A DNA stretch of 63,117 nt, filler included, from Stramenopiles sp. TOSAG23-3 (Eukaryota): NCBI GenBank assembly GCA_900128585.1. It is 12 parts of 12 records of this genome, joined end to end, with 100 filler letters (N's around TTAATTAATTAA, not from the genome) between each part and the next. Parts side by side here need not be neighbours in the genome. Positions count along the whole stretch, not along the records: positions 40,657 to 48,646 come from LT643078.1; positions 48,747 to 56,729 come from LT643079.1; 10 more parts are not named here. One strand, written 5' to 3'. A program made the translations under genes and the position numbers. How positions within the stretch are numbered: the stretch's first letter is position 1; each line of letters begins with the position of its first letter. The notes beneath the pieces were generated by a model. The model saw only the letters and a list, made by a program, of their open reading frames with translations, did no database searches and was not told where the DNA came from. This document shows, piece by piece, positions 41,196 to 52,307 of this stretch.

Positions 41196-42245
41196 ATGGC
41201 TCCCAAGACTGGCAATGTCGATATGGACGCGTTTACTGGCAACCACGGCCTGGAGACACCCAGCAACGAGAACGATTTCATATGGTCGTTAAAGGAAGAG
41301 CCGCATTACTCTAGGAGGCTGGCTATTAAGAAGAAACACCCGGAGATCAATAAATTGTTCGGCCACGAGCCCCTCACGAAGTGGATTGTACTAGGTGTCA
41401 TGACCCTTCAGCTGGGCACGGCGTACTACTGCAGGAACAACACCTGGTCCCTTGAGTTCTGGGTGCTGGCCTACGTCGTCGGCGCGACGTGCACCCAAAA
41501 CCTTTTCTTGGCAATACACGAATGCAGCCACCAGCTATTGTTCAAAAAGAGGGTCCACAACGAACTGTTCGGCATGATTATGAACCTTCCGATCGGGCTT
41601 CCCTACTCGACCAAGTTCAAGGGGTACCATATCGAGCACCACAAACTGCAGGGCGTAGACGGGATCGACACCGACGTCCCGACGAAGCTCGAGCTCATGC
41701 TTTTTTCTAACGTGCTAGGAAAGCTGTTCTTCTGCACCACGCAGATCCTGTTCTACGCCTGTAGGCCGATGGCCGTCCGGCACCAAGTCTTTGACAACAA
41801 GACGTTGCTGAACTTTGTCATCCAGTTCACGTTCAACTTTCTTGTATGGTACAAATTCGGGTTCGGGCCAATCATCTACCTGTTCGCCAGTGGCTTCCTG
41901 GCCGGGTCGCTGCACCCTGTAGCCTCCCACTTCATCGCCGAGCACTACGTTTTCGTTGGCGAGGCGGAAACGTACAGCTACTACGGGCCTTTGAACATCT
42001 TCTGCTACAACGTTGGATACCACAACGAGCACCACGACTTCCCAAACATCCCATGGAGCCGGTTGCCCCAATTGCGAGAGATTGCCTCCGAGTTTTACGA
42101 CAACCTTCCATACCACAAAAGCTGGCCAAGGGTGCTGTGGAAATTCATCTTCGACGCCCGCATCGGTTCAAAGAACCGTGTAAAAAGAGCTGACACGGAC
42201 AATCTGGCCACCACCACCATTTGCGGTGAGAAAAAAATAAGGTAG
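41196..42245 (+). CDS. DEGS1: Sphingolipid delta-4 desaturase (DES1/DEGS)
   Basis: DFIWSLKEEPHYSRR, LAIHECSH, YHIEHH, GSLHPVASHFIAEHY, ETYSYYGPLN, NVGYHNEHHDFP. Confidence 0.97.
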   Translation: MAPKTGNVDMDAFTGNHGLETPSNENDFIWSLKEEPHYSRRLAIKKKHPEINKLFGHEPLTKWIVLGVMTLQLGTAYYCRNNTWSLEFWVLAYVVGATCTQNLFLAIHECSHQLLFKKRVHNELFGMIMNLPIGLPYSTKFKGYHIEHHKLQGVDGIDTDVPTKLELMLFSNVLGKLFFCTTQILFYACRPMAVRHQVFDNKTLLNFVIQFTFNFLVWYKFGFGPIIYLFASGFLAGSLHPVASHFIAEHYVFVGEAETYSYYGPLNIFCYNVGYHNEHHDFPNIPWSRLPQLREIASEFYDNLPYHKSWPRVLWKFIFDARIGSKNRVKRADTDNLATTTICGEKKIR

Positions 42246-42772
42246 GAAGTTTCCACACCGGTGTGAAATGATAATACAAAATATATCTTTAACTTTATAA
42301 CAGCCAATTTTTTGTTTTAACATACTAAGTAGATCTTTCAAAAAAATAGGCCAAAAAAATAAAATGATGTACAATAATATTTATATATTTTTAAAAAACT
42401 AAAAAAAAATGAAAATATTTATGCATTTGTTGATGCTGTGTTGATATAATAATATTAATATTATATAATAATAATATAACACTATAAATAATAATAATTG
42501 TTTTCTTATAAAAAAAAAGTTTAATTATTATTATTATAACAACATAGAACTACAACTACAAACGAATAATAACACAGGTTTTTTAAAAAATATGGTTGCT
42601 TCGTATGATTTGACAAATGTCCCATCGGAGAGAGGAGGCTTCTACTTTTTTTTTTCATAATATGTTTGTAAAACGTGTGTGTGTGGATGTGTGTGTGGGA
42701 TTGAAATAAGGAATGCCTTCTTCTTCTCTCTCGTTTCATCCTGTTTGTTTAAAATAGCATTGACGTCCACCC

Positions 42773-44802
42773 ATGCCTTCGTATTTATCGATCTTTCTGT
42801 TTGGGTGTGACTGGAGCGGCAATGGTGGTAGCCGTCGTCGTAAGAAACCTTCCGTGTGCAACCGTTTTGTGCACGCAGCAGGGGGCATTTTTTTTGCGGC
42901 GGTGCTGCTTTGTTACACTCTCTCGTTCGGGGTGTCTATTCAAGTAGTCGACCGAAAGGAAACAAAAGAGGCCATGCTGTTCTTGCTGGTTAGACGCAGG
43001 GTACTCGATGCACTATGCTCAGCAAACGTTTTGATATCTGGGATTTTGATCGTTGTCCTACTAAGTGTGCTTTTCTTCGGGACATTTTTAGAGGAAGATC
43101 ACCCAAAAGGAAGCCGTGAGCTTAGGTGGAAGTTCGGGTACCAAATACTTATCTCCACTCTGACGCAGGGGGGAAAAGAGGTGGCGGGGGGGGGGGCAAG
43201 GACACGAACAAAGAAACGGAAGAGAACCAAAACACGAACGGAACGACAGGTGGAGAGGGAATCCCACAAAAAAAAAAAGAAGAAGAAGAAAAGACATACC
43301 ACTGTATTGTTGGAAACGGGTCCAAGCAAGAAATTTTGGAACTTGATTCCCGAAATACCAAAGGTACCAAGGTGTATGGCATAAAGAAACTCTGCAAGAG
43401 ACATGCACAATACACCAACACGTACGTTACCGAAAAGAGTACGCCGAAGGAGGAGGCAAATGAGCGCTTCAAACTGATGGCGGAATATATCGGAGGACGT
43501 CTTCATTGCTGTAAATTCTATTACGAGCTCCATGCAAGTAAACTGAAACAATTGCGATACTACCTTTCCAACATCGAATTGTGGGTGTTCTTTGCCCTTT
43601 GCTTCACGTCATTAATGGTGTTTATTCACTCTGTTCTAGCACTGGGGACGATGTCCTACACAAATGCTATGACAGACTACGTGGAACGTAATTGGGAGAA
43701 CCCAAAGGTGCACTACCAAAAACAATACTTTGAGGAGGTAGGGAAAAACCTATCTGCAGGCGAAGCGATTCCTATGCTACGGGGCGCGATGGCAAATGTT
43801 TCGCAGTTCTATACAGTCAGCATGGCCCTGTTCAGTTTTGCCACGTTCAACGTTTACAAGTACTTTCAAAAGGAGAATGGTTTCCTGGGGGGCTTCATAC
43901 TTAATATGGCATTCTTGATCTTGGTACAAGGCTGGTGTTTGGGTTCGGCGGCGTACGTGAGTGGAGAACGCGACGGCAGTGGGCACATTATTTCGGAGCT
44001 TCTGATCGCAGGCTTTTGTGGATTTGTCCCTGGCCTGGCATTCCATTGCATCAAAGTGTATCAGCACAAGGGCCCGTGCGCTACGGTCTGGGACTACCTG
44101 TACCCGTCACTAAGTCTCTTTATCGTGGCCGTTGGGTTATTCAATTTAGCGAACGAAGGGCCTGCTGGGTTGAGCCTGGCGTGTTCGATGTACGCTATCT
44201 TTCCTGCAATACATCTGGTAAACTATGCTGTGCCAAAGATCCTTGACCTAAAATGTTGCGGTAGCAAAGAGTACACCGCGCAAGAAAAATCCAAGGCGCT
44301 CTTCGCCGTCATTGGCACTGGCTATTTAGTTGCTCTTATTTGCTTTGCCGTTCTAATCGCATCGAGACGCAAGCTGCAGTATGTGTCGCCGTTTATGATA
44401 CTCTTAGGGTGCTCGTTCGTGCTTCTTGCAATCATCGTTTTTAAAAGGGTCGAGAGCGCTACCTTAACGCAGGCGGACACCCGAGCGATTGCGTGGGGGG
44501 TTACCTTGCTTTCCCGGTTTGCACTCGGTATGAGCGTTGTCATGACGTTGTTTTTCCAATACTGTCGCACTTCGGTCCAGTACCAGGTTGAAGGGATCTC
44601 CGAGGTGGCTTACGCAAAGCTAGTCAGAGATACTAAGTGGGTCTATCGAGCAAAGGAAGACTTCGAGCATGCCTTAAAAAGCGATTTCGACTTCTTTTTC
44701 TGGTTGAGTTTGGAAAGCTGTGTATTGATCCTCTGTGCTGGCGTTACGTCTTTGCATTGGAGGGACTCCGTACAAGATATCACAATGTACGAAGGTTTGT
44801 AG
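42773..44802 (+). CDS. Multi-pass membrane protein of unknown family, split by a -1 frame change at about 43168-43196
   Basis: ORF 42773-43384 gives two TMs then degenerates into K/R-rich sequence; ORF 43126-44802 gives about 11 TMs; overlap contains G6A4 and G11 runs. Confidence 0.65.
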
Positions 44803-44949
44803 GACGCAGCAGAGAAAGATGAAAAGTCGATTTTCAAAAAAGCGAAAAGTGTTCTTCTTAACACAGAAGGGATTAGGGACCGACGTAAAGTTTTGTTTAA
44901 TTAGTTGTATCATATGATAAGATTCCGTAAATTTAACTTCTCGTTAAAT

Positions 44950-45300
44950 TAAGTTTAGGATTAGGGTATGAGGACGCTAAATTTAATTACTTAAATTAAC
45001 AGCCAATTTCCTTGTTTTTAATTAAGTTTAAAAACAAAAAATTGGCTCTCTGTTATTTCGTAAAATTAAAAACAAAGAATTGGCATGTTATATTTTTTAA
45101 AGAGTGCATTACGCACACCTACTTAAACGACCCTCCTTCGACACCTCAATTCACAAATGACAATTCCTTGACTGGTTTACAAGACAGAGAACGAGCACCT
45201 TTGAAACATTCACGCCGCTGCTCTTGGAAAACTGCACAAGGAATGATTCATCTACGAGTGAGACATTGGATGAGGAAGTTGACCATGGGTCTTTTGGCGT
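44950..45300. mobile_element. Family A termini plus diverged internal copy 3
   Basis: TTAGGATTAGGGTATGAGGACGCTAAATTTAATTACTTAAATTAACAGCCAATTTCCTTGTTTT (about 44955-45019), two forward termini near 45030 and 45069, internal homology at 45125-45300. Confidence 0.6.
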
Positions 45301-45442
45301 CGATGCAATTCCACACACTGATTTGGATCATGCATGGAGTACACTCTGTATGAATGATAGCCAAGACTAAGTGACAAGGGTATATTGATTACTAAAATCA
45401 CAGCAGTAGAGATAAGTTCGCAGTACATCATCTTCCAAAATT

Positions 45443-46381
45443 TTAAGCCATGTTCAGAATTTCGCGAGCATGGTTGTGTTTTGGACAAACCAACCGGGTT
45501 TGCTTATCCCTCGACGAAAAAAGTCGACCAAGAAATTCATGGCGAGGCACAGCTCGTCCCCCTAACTTGGTTTTGTATTCCATGGTCATGCCAAGATCCC
45601 AGAAATCAAAATTACTAGCCTTCAACAGTTTAGGGATGCAACAGCACTGGATGGTGCCCGCAGAATCCTTGTTTGAAAAGCCTGACAAACTTGTGTAGAC
45701 ACCGCCACAAGCATAACCAATTTCCCCTGCAACCACATCGTCGCCAAACCACACCTCTACGGAATGCATCGAGACCCCGTTTACCCCGTTAGGAGAACGA
45801 AATATATTCTTGTAAGCCTTGATTAACGCGGGGTAGAACCAGCAATGGTCTCCGTGCTGCTCGCAGCACATTTTTATACAGTAATCGAAGCATTCGTCGA
45901 CGGAAACCCGAAACCTACTACTTCTCTTCTTGACAGATTTTGGGACGTGCAAATCGCTAAAGTCCATAATGCAACGCTTTTTATGGAGTTTCGGCGCCAA
46001 GACCGCGTAATCAGAAAACGCTTGTATGCACATTGGCAAAAAACCGTGGCGGGCAAGGTTTGCTACAAGTTGGGTGTCGAAAGAAACGGACCATGTGAAA
46101 TCCTCTTTCATCTCTCTCACACTCTCGAGCAGCTTCGGAACGTCCTCGCAACTCTTCACGTAACGGAGGCGTCGAAAATACTTACTACTTTTCTTCAGTT
46201 GCATTGCAACTCCGAGTTCTTGTTCCATGCTGCAGCCGGTAAAGTCCTGGAACGTTGCGTAGTCGCCCCTAAACTCGTGCGGTGCCAACTCCCTTCGATA
46301 ATCCATCGTTGAGCCAGCCGTTGCATTTTCGCCGGTGGTATCGACCGCCATATCTTCCCCTGCCGTGTTGAAACTTGCCAT
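45443..46381 (-). CDS. Leucyl/phenylalanyl-tRNA-protein transferase (Aat/LFTR)-family protein
   Basis: GFLPM, PKLHKKRC, LHVPKSVKK, HGDHCWFYP, MHSVEVW..VVAGEIG..GGVYTSLSGF, FWDLGMTMEYK. Confidence 0.88.
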   Translation of the reverse strand: MASFNTAGEDMAVDTTGENATAGSTMDYRRELAPHEFRGDYATFQDFTGCSMEQELGVAMQLKKSSKYFRRLRYVKSCEDVPKLLESVREMKEDFTWSVSFDTQLVANLARHGFLPMCIQAFSDYAVLAPKLHKKRCIMDFSDLHVPKSVKKRSSRFRVSVDECFDYCIKMCCEQHGDHCWFYPALIKAYKNIFRSPNGVNGVSMHSVEVWFGDDVVAGEIGYACGGVYTSLSGFSNKDSAGTIQCCCIPKLLKASNFDFWDLGMTMEYKTKLGGRAVPRHEFLGRLFSSRDKQTRLVCPKHNHAREILNMA

Positions 46382-47028
46382 TTCAAGGTATATCCAAAGC
46401 TCCAGGTGGAATGGGGAAAGAGGTGTCAGTGAAATACTGGAAGAAAAAAATACCGCGGAAGAACAGTTAGTCGTGTTTTTAACCAATAATATTAATTAAA
46501 AGAACGGGTAAATGAAGGAACAGGAAGATTGATTATTTTTTTTGTTTCTTGCTCTTGTTTTATAAACACACATTTGCATATATTTTATTTAAATGCATCT
46601 ATCTCTGCTCTTCTGTGTGTACATTTTGTTTTTTTAATAATAATAATAATAAAATATTTTTTTATTATTATTTATTTATAATTATACCTCCTCCTCCTCC
46701 TCCTACTTCCTCTGATAATAATAATAATAATATAGCAGAGGAGCAGCAGAGGAGGAGGAGGAGGAGGAAGAAAAGAAGGAGAGAATCATCCGTCCAACAA
46801 CCGCCGCCCTACGCCCTCCACGACGACGCCCGGTTGTTTGGAAAAAAAAAGGAAGAAAGGAAAGAGGAACGAAAGAGAAGGGGGAAAGATTGAAAATATT
46901 TCTGTATTGTTGATATTCTACCACGGAAAGAAGAATAGAGGAAGAAAAGAAAGGACTTTTAATTAATACAAAAGTAAGGGTAGATGGAAGGAATGTAGGG
47001 TTGGCCTTGGAGTTTTAAGGTTGAACCG

Positions 47029-48342
47029 ATGAGCGTTTGCGTTTACTTTTACTTGCCCCACAAAACAAAATCTGACCTATCCAGCAGAACGGTGCTTTTA
47101 GAAACGCTGACTGGCGATGATTTCGGGTTCCAAGTAATTGAGAATGTTCATCGTTCTGACGGCGAGGGGCAGGGTGGGAATCTTCCAGAAACACTGTTGG
47201 TATGGACCTCGACTTTTCCTTCTTCGTCCTTCTTCAAAAGCCTGCTTCCACCAGCTCTCAAGGGCACAAAGATCGTGATAAATCACTTTCCAAGGTCCGT
47301 GGAATGTGGCCACAAAAGTCGCCTCTACCATAATTTGGACGGAAAGGATTTTTTGCCACGGTCTTTTGCGGCATCGTCCGTGAGAATCCAAGAGAAAGGA
47401 AGGAAGGATGCAAAGCGGCAGAAAGTCGCGAAAGAGCACGAGTCCAGCAACATGTCCGTTGAAGGGTTGCGTGGCCGCTTGAAGCGCTTGTCTAGTGAAG
47501 GAGATGCAACGCATTGGATCACAAAGCCGCAACGGGGTGGTGGTGGACGGCGCATTCAAATTTTCGAAACAGAATTTCTTTTAAACGAGCTGGGAAATGC
47601 CGGCTCCGGTGTCGGCCTGCTGCCGTTCAAGTGCCCCTGTGTTTTTCAAAAGTACGTTCCAAACCCATTTTTAATTGAAGGCAGAAAGGTTGATTTGCGA
47701 GCCTACGTTTTGGTTTTGCAAGGGACACAAAGCCAGCACGGCGGTATTTATGCTTACCGCGAGGGCTTAGTCAGGTTTGCCAGTAAAAAGTTTACCATGA
47801 GCCCTGTGGATTTAAACGATCCGTACGTTCATGTTACAAACAATTCTGTAAATAAGCGAAATTCCGTAAACCATGGGGCGACGGAGAACATGCTGTTCTC
47901 CGAAACCTTCCAAGACAATGGCGTCTGGGAACGTTCCCTCTTTCCACAACTCAAGCGCATAGCATTCTGCACTTTTACGGATGCGCTCCTTGAACACGAG
48001 AATGTCAAGAGAGGAGTACGCGCGTGCTATGGGCCATATTCTGCGGGGAGGAACTTGTCAAATTTTGAACTGTTTGGGGTAGATTTATTGCTCGACCAAG
48101 ATATGAAGTTGCACCTACTAGAAGTCAATCATATGCCGGAATTGGAGACCTCGGCAAAGGCCTATGCAGATACGAAAATGAACCCAAAACTAGTAAAAGA
48201 CATGTTCCACCTGGTCTGCTGCAATGGATCCAGCCTAGATTCAAAGAAGGAAATGTCTTTGTTTGTTTTATGCGGAAATGATTGCATTGCTAGAAAAGAA
48301 AAGAAGAAGGAAGAGATAAAAAACAAAGATAAACAGAGATAA
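47029..48342 (+). CDS. Tubulin-tyrosine ligase-like (TTLL) family protein
   Basis: INHFP, WITKP...GGRRIQIF, VFQKYVPNPFLIEGRKVDLRAYVLV, GLVRFA, HVTNNSVNK, FELFGVDLLLD, LLEVNHMP. Confidence 0.93.
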   Translation: MSVCVYFYLPHKTKSDLSSRTVLLETLTGDDFGFQVIENVHRSDGEGQGGNLPETLLVWTSTFPSSSFFKSLLPPALKGTKIVINHFPRSVECGHKSRLYHNLDGKDFLPRSFAASSVRIQEKGRKDAKRQKVAKEHESSNMSVEGLRGRLKRLSSEGDATHWITKPQRGGGGRRIQIFETEFLLNELGNAGSGVGLLPFKCPCVFQKYVPNPFLIEGRKVDLRAYVLVLQGTQSQHGGIYAYREGLVRFASKKFTMSPVDLNDPYVHVTNNSVNKRNSVNHGATENMLFSETFQDNGVWERSLFPQLKRIAFCTFTDALLEHENVKRGVRACYGPYSAGRNLSNFELFGVDLLLDQDMKLHLLEVNHMPELETSAKAYADTKMNPKLVKDMFHLVCCNGSSLDSKKEMSLFVLCGNDCIARKEKKKEEIKNKDKQR

Positions 48343-48746
48343 GTTCGCAGTACATGAAGGAACGTAAACCTTTGATGGACAAAAGGAGCAGATTCACTTT
48401 CGCGGTAATTATGAAGAAGATAATAACAATAATATATGTTTTATTAAGAAGATAAAAAACATTTTTTTTAATATAAAAAACAAATTATATATAGTTAAAA
48501 AATATAATATATATATTATATAAAACAAGAAAAATTGGCTGTTATTTTTTAATAGTAAAATTAAAATTTAAAGAAAAAAAGAAGGTGTCAGTTCAAGAAC
48601 AATGTCTCCTCCTATTGCAGATCCTCCCCAAGTTCTGGTCAAGATTNNNNNNNNNNNNNNNNNNNNNNNNNNNNNNNNNNNNNNNNNNNNTTAATTAATT
48701 AANNNNNNNNNNNNNNNNNNNNNNNNNNNNNNNNNNNNNNNNNNNN

Positions 48747-49556
48747 GGCTGGCAAACAATAGTGTATTACTTGGCAATTTTTGTCATGGAATGGTTGGCA
48801 ATGTTATGTGCCGATTTAATTGATGTGGCACAAATTACAACGGCGACTCCAGGAGCACTGAGGGCGGAGCACTCAAGAAAGTTTGACGATTTTCAATTCT
48901 ATCGGTTGTCCACTCGCGTCATGTTTTACTTTTCATGCGTACGACGGGCATTTTACATACCCTTGTTTTGTCAAATTGCAAATTGGGAAGAATGGGTCGC
49001 GATGACTCTTGTAAGCATGGTGGCATGTTTTTCATTACAGGTGCTTGTCCGTTCTCAGTCGTATTACGATTATATGAAATGGTACACGTTCAAATGCTGG
49101 CCAGATTGGGAGTACCGATCAAAAGACACTTGCTTGGATCAGTCGTGCCTGTACAACGGTTTCGACTTTATAAACCTCTGTACTTGTCTGTTTCAGTTTC
49201 TGGTAGTGTGGGCACTGACAGACGAACACAACATGCAGTCATTCAGTTACTTGAGGGAATCCTCTTCTGAAACAGTTGTGTATGTTATCGTGTGGGCATC
49301 GTTTCAAATGCTCTACTGCGCTATGGTTTCGTTTTACGAATGGAAAGTTCACTCCAAGGAAGGAAACGAACGCCTCGCCGGAAAACTGCTGGAAAAGGTG
49401 TACTCGACGGGAGATTCATTGGTGTTTTCAATGGTGATTATTGGTATCAATGTTACGCAGAACCCATATTTTGCCTTCTCTTTGAACAATTTAAGCGAAG
49501 TTCCATGCACGGACTTGTATAAAAACGAATCTATCGTAAACGTTACGGCATCGTGA
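48747..49556 (+). CDS. Multi-pass membrane protein, 5'-truncated
   Basis: Open frame from contig start with several hydrophobic segments; family not recognised. Confidence 0.65.
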   Translation, partial: GWQTIVYYLAIFVMEWLAMLCADLIDVAQITTATPGALRAEHSRKFDDFQFYRLSTRVMFYFSCVRRAFYIPLFCQIANWEEWVAMTLVSMVACFSLQVLVRSQSYYDYMKWYTFKCWPDWEYRSKDTCLDQSCLYNGFDFINLCTCLFQFLVVWALTDEHNMQSFSYLRESSSETVVYVIVWASFQMLYCAMVSFYEWKVHSKEGNERLAGKLLEKVYSTGDSLVFSMVIIGINVTQNPYFAFSLNNLSEVPCTDLYKNESIVNVTAS

Positions 49557-49949
49557 GTAAATTGCAGACGACTTCAAATCGTAAAGAAGAGTTGCACAAT
49601 TTCTAGATCTTAAATTTGACTTTCGCAGGGTATATGAAGAAGATGAACTAATATAAACGCCGAATAATTTTAAAAACACAAATAATTAATATTTTATTTT
49701 ATTAAATAATTAAAACCCTAATCCTAACGTGGTTTTGTAATTACATGCAATATGCAATATGCAATGTGTGATGAAAAATAAATTATATTATGGTATGCAG
49801 ATAAGCAGATAATTACTCTCCTGTAAGAAAAAACCAATTATATATAAGAGATAACCACAATTTAAAAAAATTAGCGTCCTGACATTGCTGTATATTCAGG
49901 GCACTGAGGGAGGTAAAAGTGTTGCGCGCGAGCGTGCTCGATTAAAATT

Positions 49950-52307
49950 TTACTTCTTTGTGGAATTATCGCCTTCTTCGGCCTCGCTTTCTGATCCGTT
50001 TTCGAACTCCAGCTCCAATTCCAATGCTTGCTCTTCCAAATGAGCCTCTGCGATTGCTTCTTTGCTGCTATCTTTTGGCACATACATGCGGTGGTCTTCT
50101 GGCAGCAAACTAGGGTCTAGAGAAAAGCTAAGAACACCTCCTTGTTCCGTCCCTCCCAAGATATGCGACGTTGTCCTTTGGTATTCTAGACACCGAAACT
50201 GGTCGGGGTGCTCGAATTGTTGAACCATTTTCCCGGTTTTCCCTGTTTCCTCGTCATACGCATAGTTCCAAACTTTGATCAGACCGTCGAACGAGCAGGA
50301 TGCTAAGTAACCGATGTCATCCAATATGAGCAAATCCTGAACTGATTTAGAGTGCGCATTTTCAAACACGGCCAACTCATACCCCTCTTTCACGTGCGAG
50401 ATGTTCCACATACGGATAGTATTGTCATCCGAGCCGGAAAACAAAAAGTTAGCGTCCAGCGCCATGCAGGTCACGGCATCCGAGTGCCCTTCTAATTGCC
50501 CCTCTAAGCTCTGCGACAAGATATTCCAGATCCGAATGATGGGATCGCTCCCCCCGGTAAAAAATGTTCGTTTCGTAGGGTCGTCGGCCTGGCCATTGTA
50601 CACCACACACAAAATTTCCGCGTCCAGCACACTCCCTGCCATGATCCCAGACTCATACTTCACTCCCGTATGCGCCTGAAACAAGTTTTCTAGACGGGGC
50701 TTGACGGACCGCCTTTTGGTGACATCCCATATGCCCACTTTGCCATCATACCCGCCGGTGATGAGGTAATCGACACGCCGGAGCGGCGCAAAACACATGC
50801 AGCTGACAGTATTTTTGTGCTCTCGAAGGGCCACTGTGCTCCCCGAACTGGGGTTCCACCAGCGCACGCTCCCATCTTCGTTCCCCGTGACTATGACATT
50901 ACTATCTTGCAAATAAAGCATGCAACTAATCTCACTCCTGGACTCGGTCAGGGTAAAGATGCAGGACATATCGTATGGGTCCCACGCGCGAATGGTGTTA
51001 TCGATGGAGGCGGAGTAAATCCTAGAAGTCGACTGACGTTTTGCATGAGCGTGCTTTTCCGCCGCTTCGTTGTCGTATTCGCCATGTGCCATCATTTCCT
51101 CCATCGAAGACTGTTTTCCTTCGTCCATCTTGCCCTGCTTTGAGCCTTTGTTTTCTTCGTGATGTGTCAACCCAACAGACTTAATAGAGACGACGGGCCC
51201 GACGTGGCCTTGGTACTCCTCAAACTTCATTTCTCGCGAAATTTTCCACCTTTCTAACCTGTTTTTCCCCGTAATGAAAATGGTGTCTGTTTTTCCAACG
51301 ACTGATATACTTGTCAGGGCCCCGTTGAATATTTTTTGCTGCTTCAAACACTTTTCCATGTAGATGTTCCACACGTGTAAATACCCGCTTGCGTCGACCA
51401 GAAACAGTTCTTGCTCGGTTTCATTCCAGTCCAGGCCAGTGTACCGGCAACGGTGCGGATTGTCAACCGAGAGGAAAGGGCTCCCGGTCATCGCATCAAA
51501 CACCCGCATTGAATTGTCGTACGACAGGGTAATTACGAAATTTTGAGATTGTACGATGAGGACGTGGGTTACCCCTAACCGATGTACTACTTGGCGACTT
51601 CGATGCTTGTCCAACTCAAACAATTCCTTTGTGCTGCTGGCATAATCCGTTTGGTTATAGAACGACAGCCCTCCAGTGTTGTCCACCAAGTAGGCAGACA
51701 ACCCTTCGCCACTTTTCAGGGAAATCTGAGTGAAGCAGCTTTCGCCCGGCATACGAATGGTCTGCACAACTTCAAAAAAGGGAAACAGCAATAGATCCCG
51801 CCCTACAGCAGGCCGCCAAATCAAAAAGGTGTGGTCGTTTGCACACGTGAACAAGAGTCCTTCCGCGTGGTTGATCGCGTTTATCGTGCTGCCGTGCGCA
51901 GTTAGAGTTTGGACGCACTGGTTTGCTTTTATGCCCGTCCATGGGTCCCACGCGCGCACGGTCCGGTCAGTACTCCCCGTTAATAAAAGCCCTCTGCTTG
52001 CAAAGTAGGGCGCAAACGTAATGCATTGGACCGAACCTTTATGCCCCACCAGGTGCGACTCTTTCAAATCGAAACTTTCTCTATTCCTAGCAGAAGACGG
52101 TTTCCAATGCACAACAACTCCGTCGCTTCTTCCCCCAAAAATCGCACGCTTACCAACTAAGCTGACGTGGCAATTAAGAGTAACTGCCTTGTCTTTTGGT
52201 ACGGATGTTTGTACAAGACGCTGCAGCCTATCGTCTGCAGTCTCCTTCTGGCTCTCCTCATCCCCAGAGTTCCCGGTCGTAAATATTTCGTGCCGCAGCA
52301 ACTCCAT
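49950..52307 (-). CDS. Large WD40-repeat protein (likely double propeller)
   Basis: Many GH...TGS.D.T.R.WD repeats over 785 aa. Confidence 0.92.
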   Translation of the reverse strand: MELLRHEIFTTGNSGDEESQKETADDRLQRLVQTSVPKDKAVTLNCHVSLVGKRAIFGGRSDGVVVHWKPSSARNRESFDLKESHLVGHKGSVQCITFAPYFASRGLLLTGSTDRTVRAWDPWTGIKANQCVQTLTAHGSTINAINHAEGLLFTCANDHTFLIWRPAVGRDLLLFPFFEVVQTIRMPGESCFTQISLKSGEGLSAYLVDNTGGLSFYNQTDYASSTKELFELDKHRSRQVVHRLGVTHVLIVQSQNFVITLSYDNSMRVFDAMTGSPFLSVDNPHRCRYTGLDWNETEQELFLVDASGYLHVWNIYMEKCLKQQKIFNGALTSISVVGKTDTIFITGKNRLERWKISREMKFEEYQGHVGPVVSIKSVGLTHHEENKGSKQGKMDEGKQSSMEEMMAHGEYDNEAAEKHAHAKRQSTSRIYSASIDNTIRAWDPYDMSCIFTLTESRSEISCMLYLQDSNVIVTGNEDGSVRWWNPSSGSTVALREHKNTVSCMCFAPLRRVDYLITGGYDGKVGIWDVTKRRSVKPRLENLFQAHTGVKYESGIMAGSVLDAEILCVVYNGQADDPTKRTFFTGGSDPIIRIWNILSQSLEGQLEGHSDAVTCMALDANFLFSGSDDNTIRMWNISHVKEGYELAVFENAHSKSVQDLLILDDIGYLASCSFDGLIKVWNYAYDEETGKTGKMVQQFEHPDQFRCLEYQRTTSHILGGTEQGGVLSFSLDPSLLPEDHRMYVPKDSSKEAIAEAHLEEQALELELEFENGSESEAEEGDNSTKK

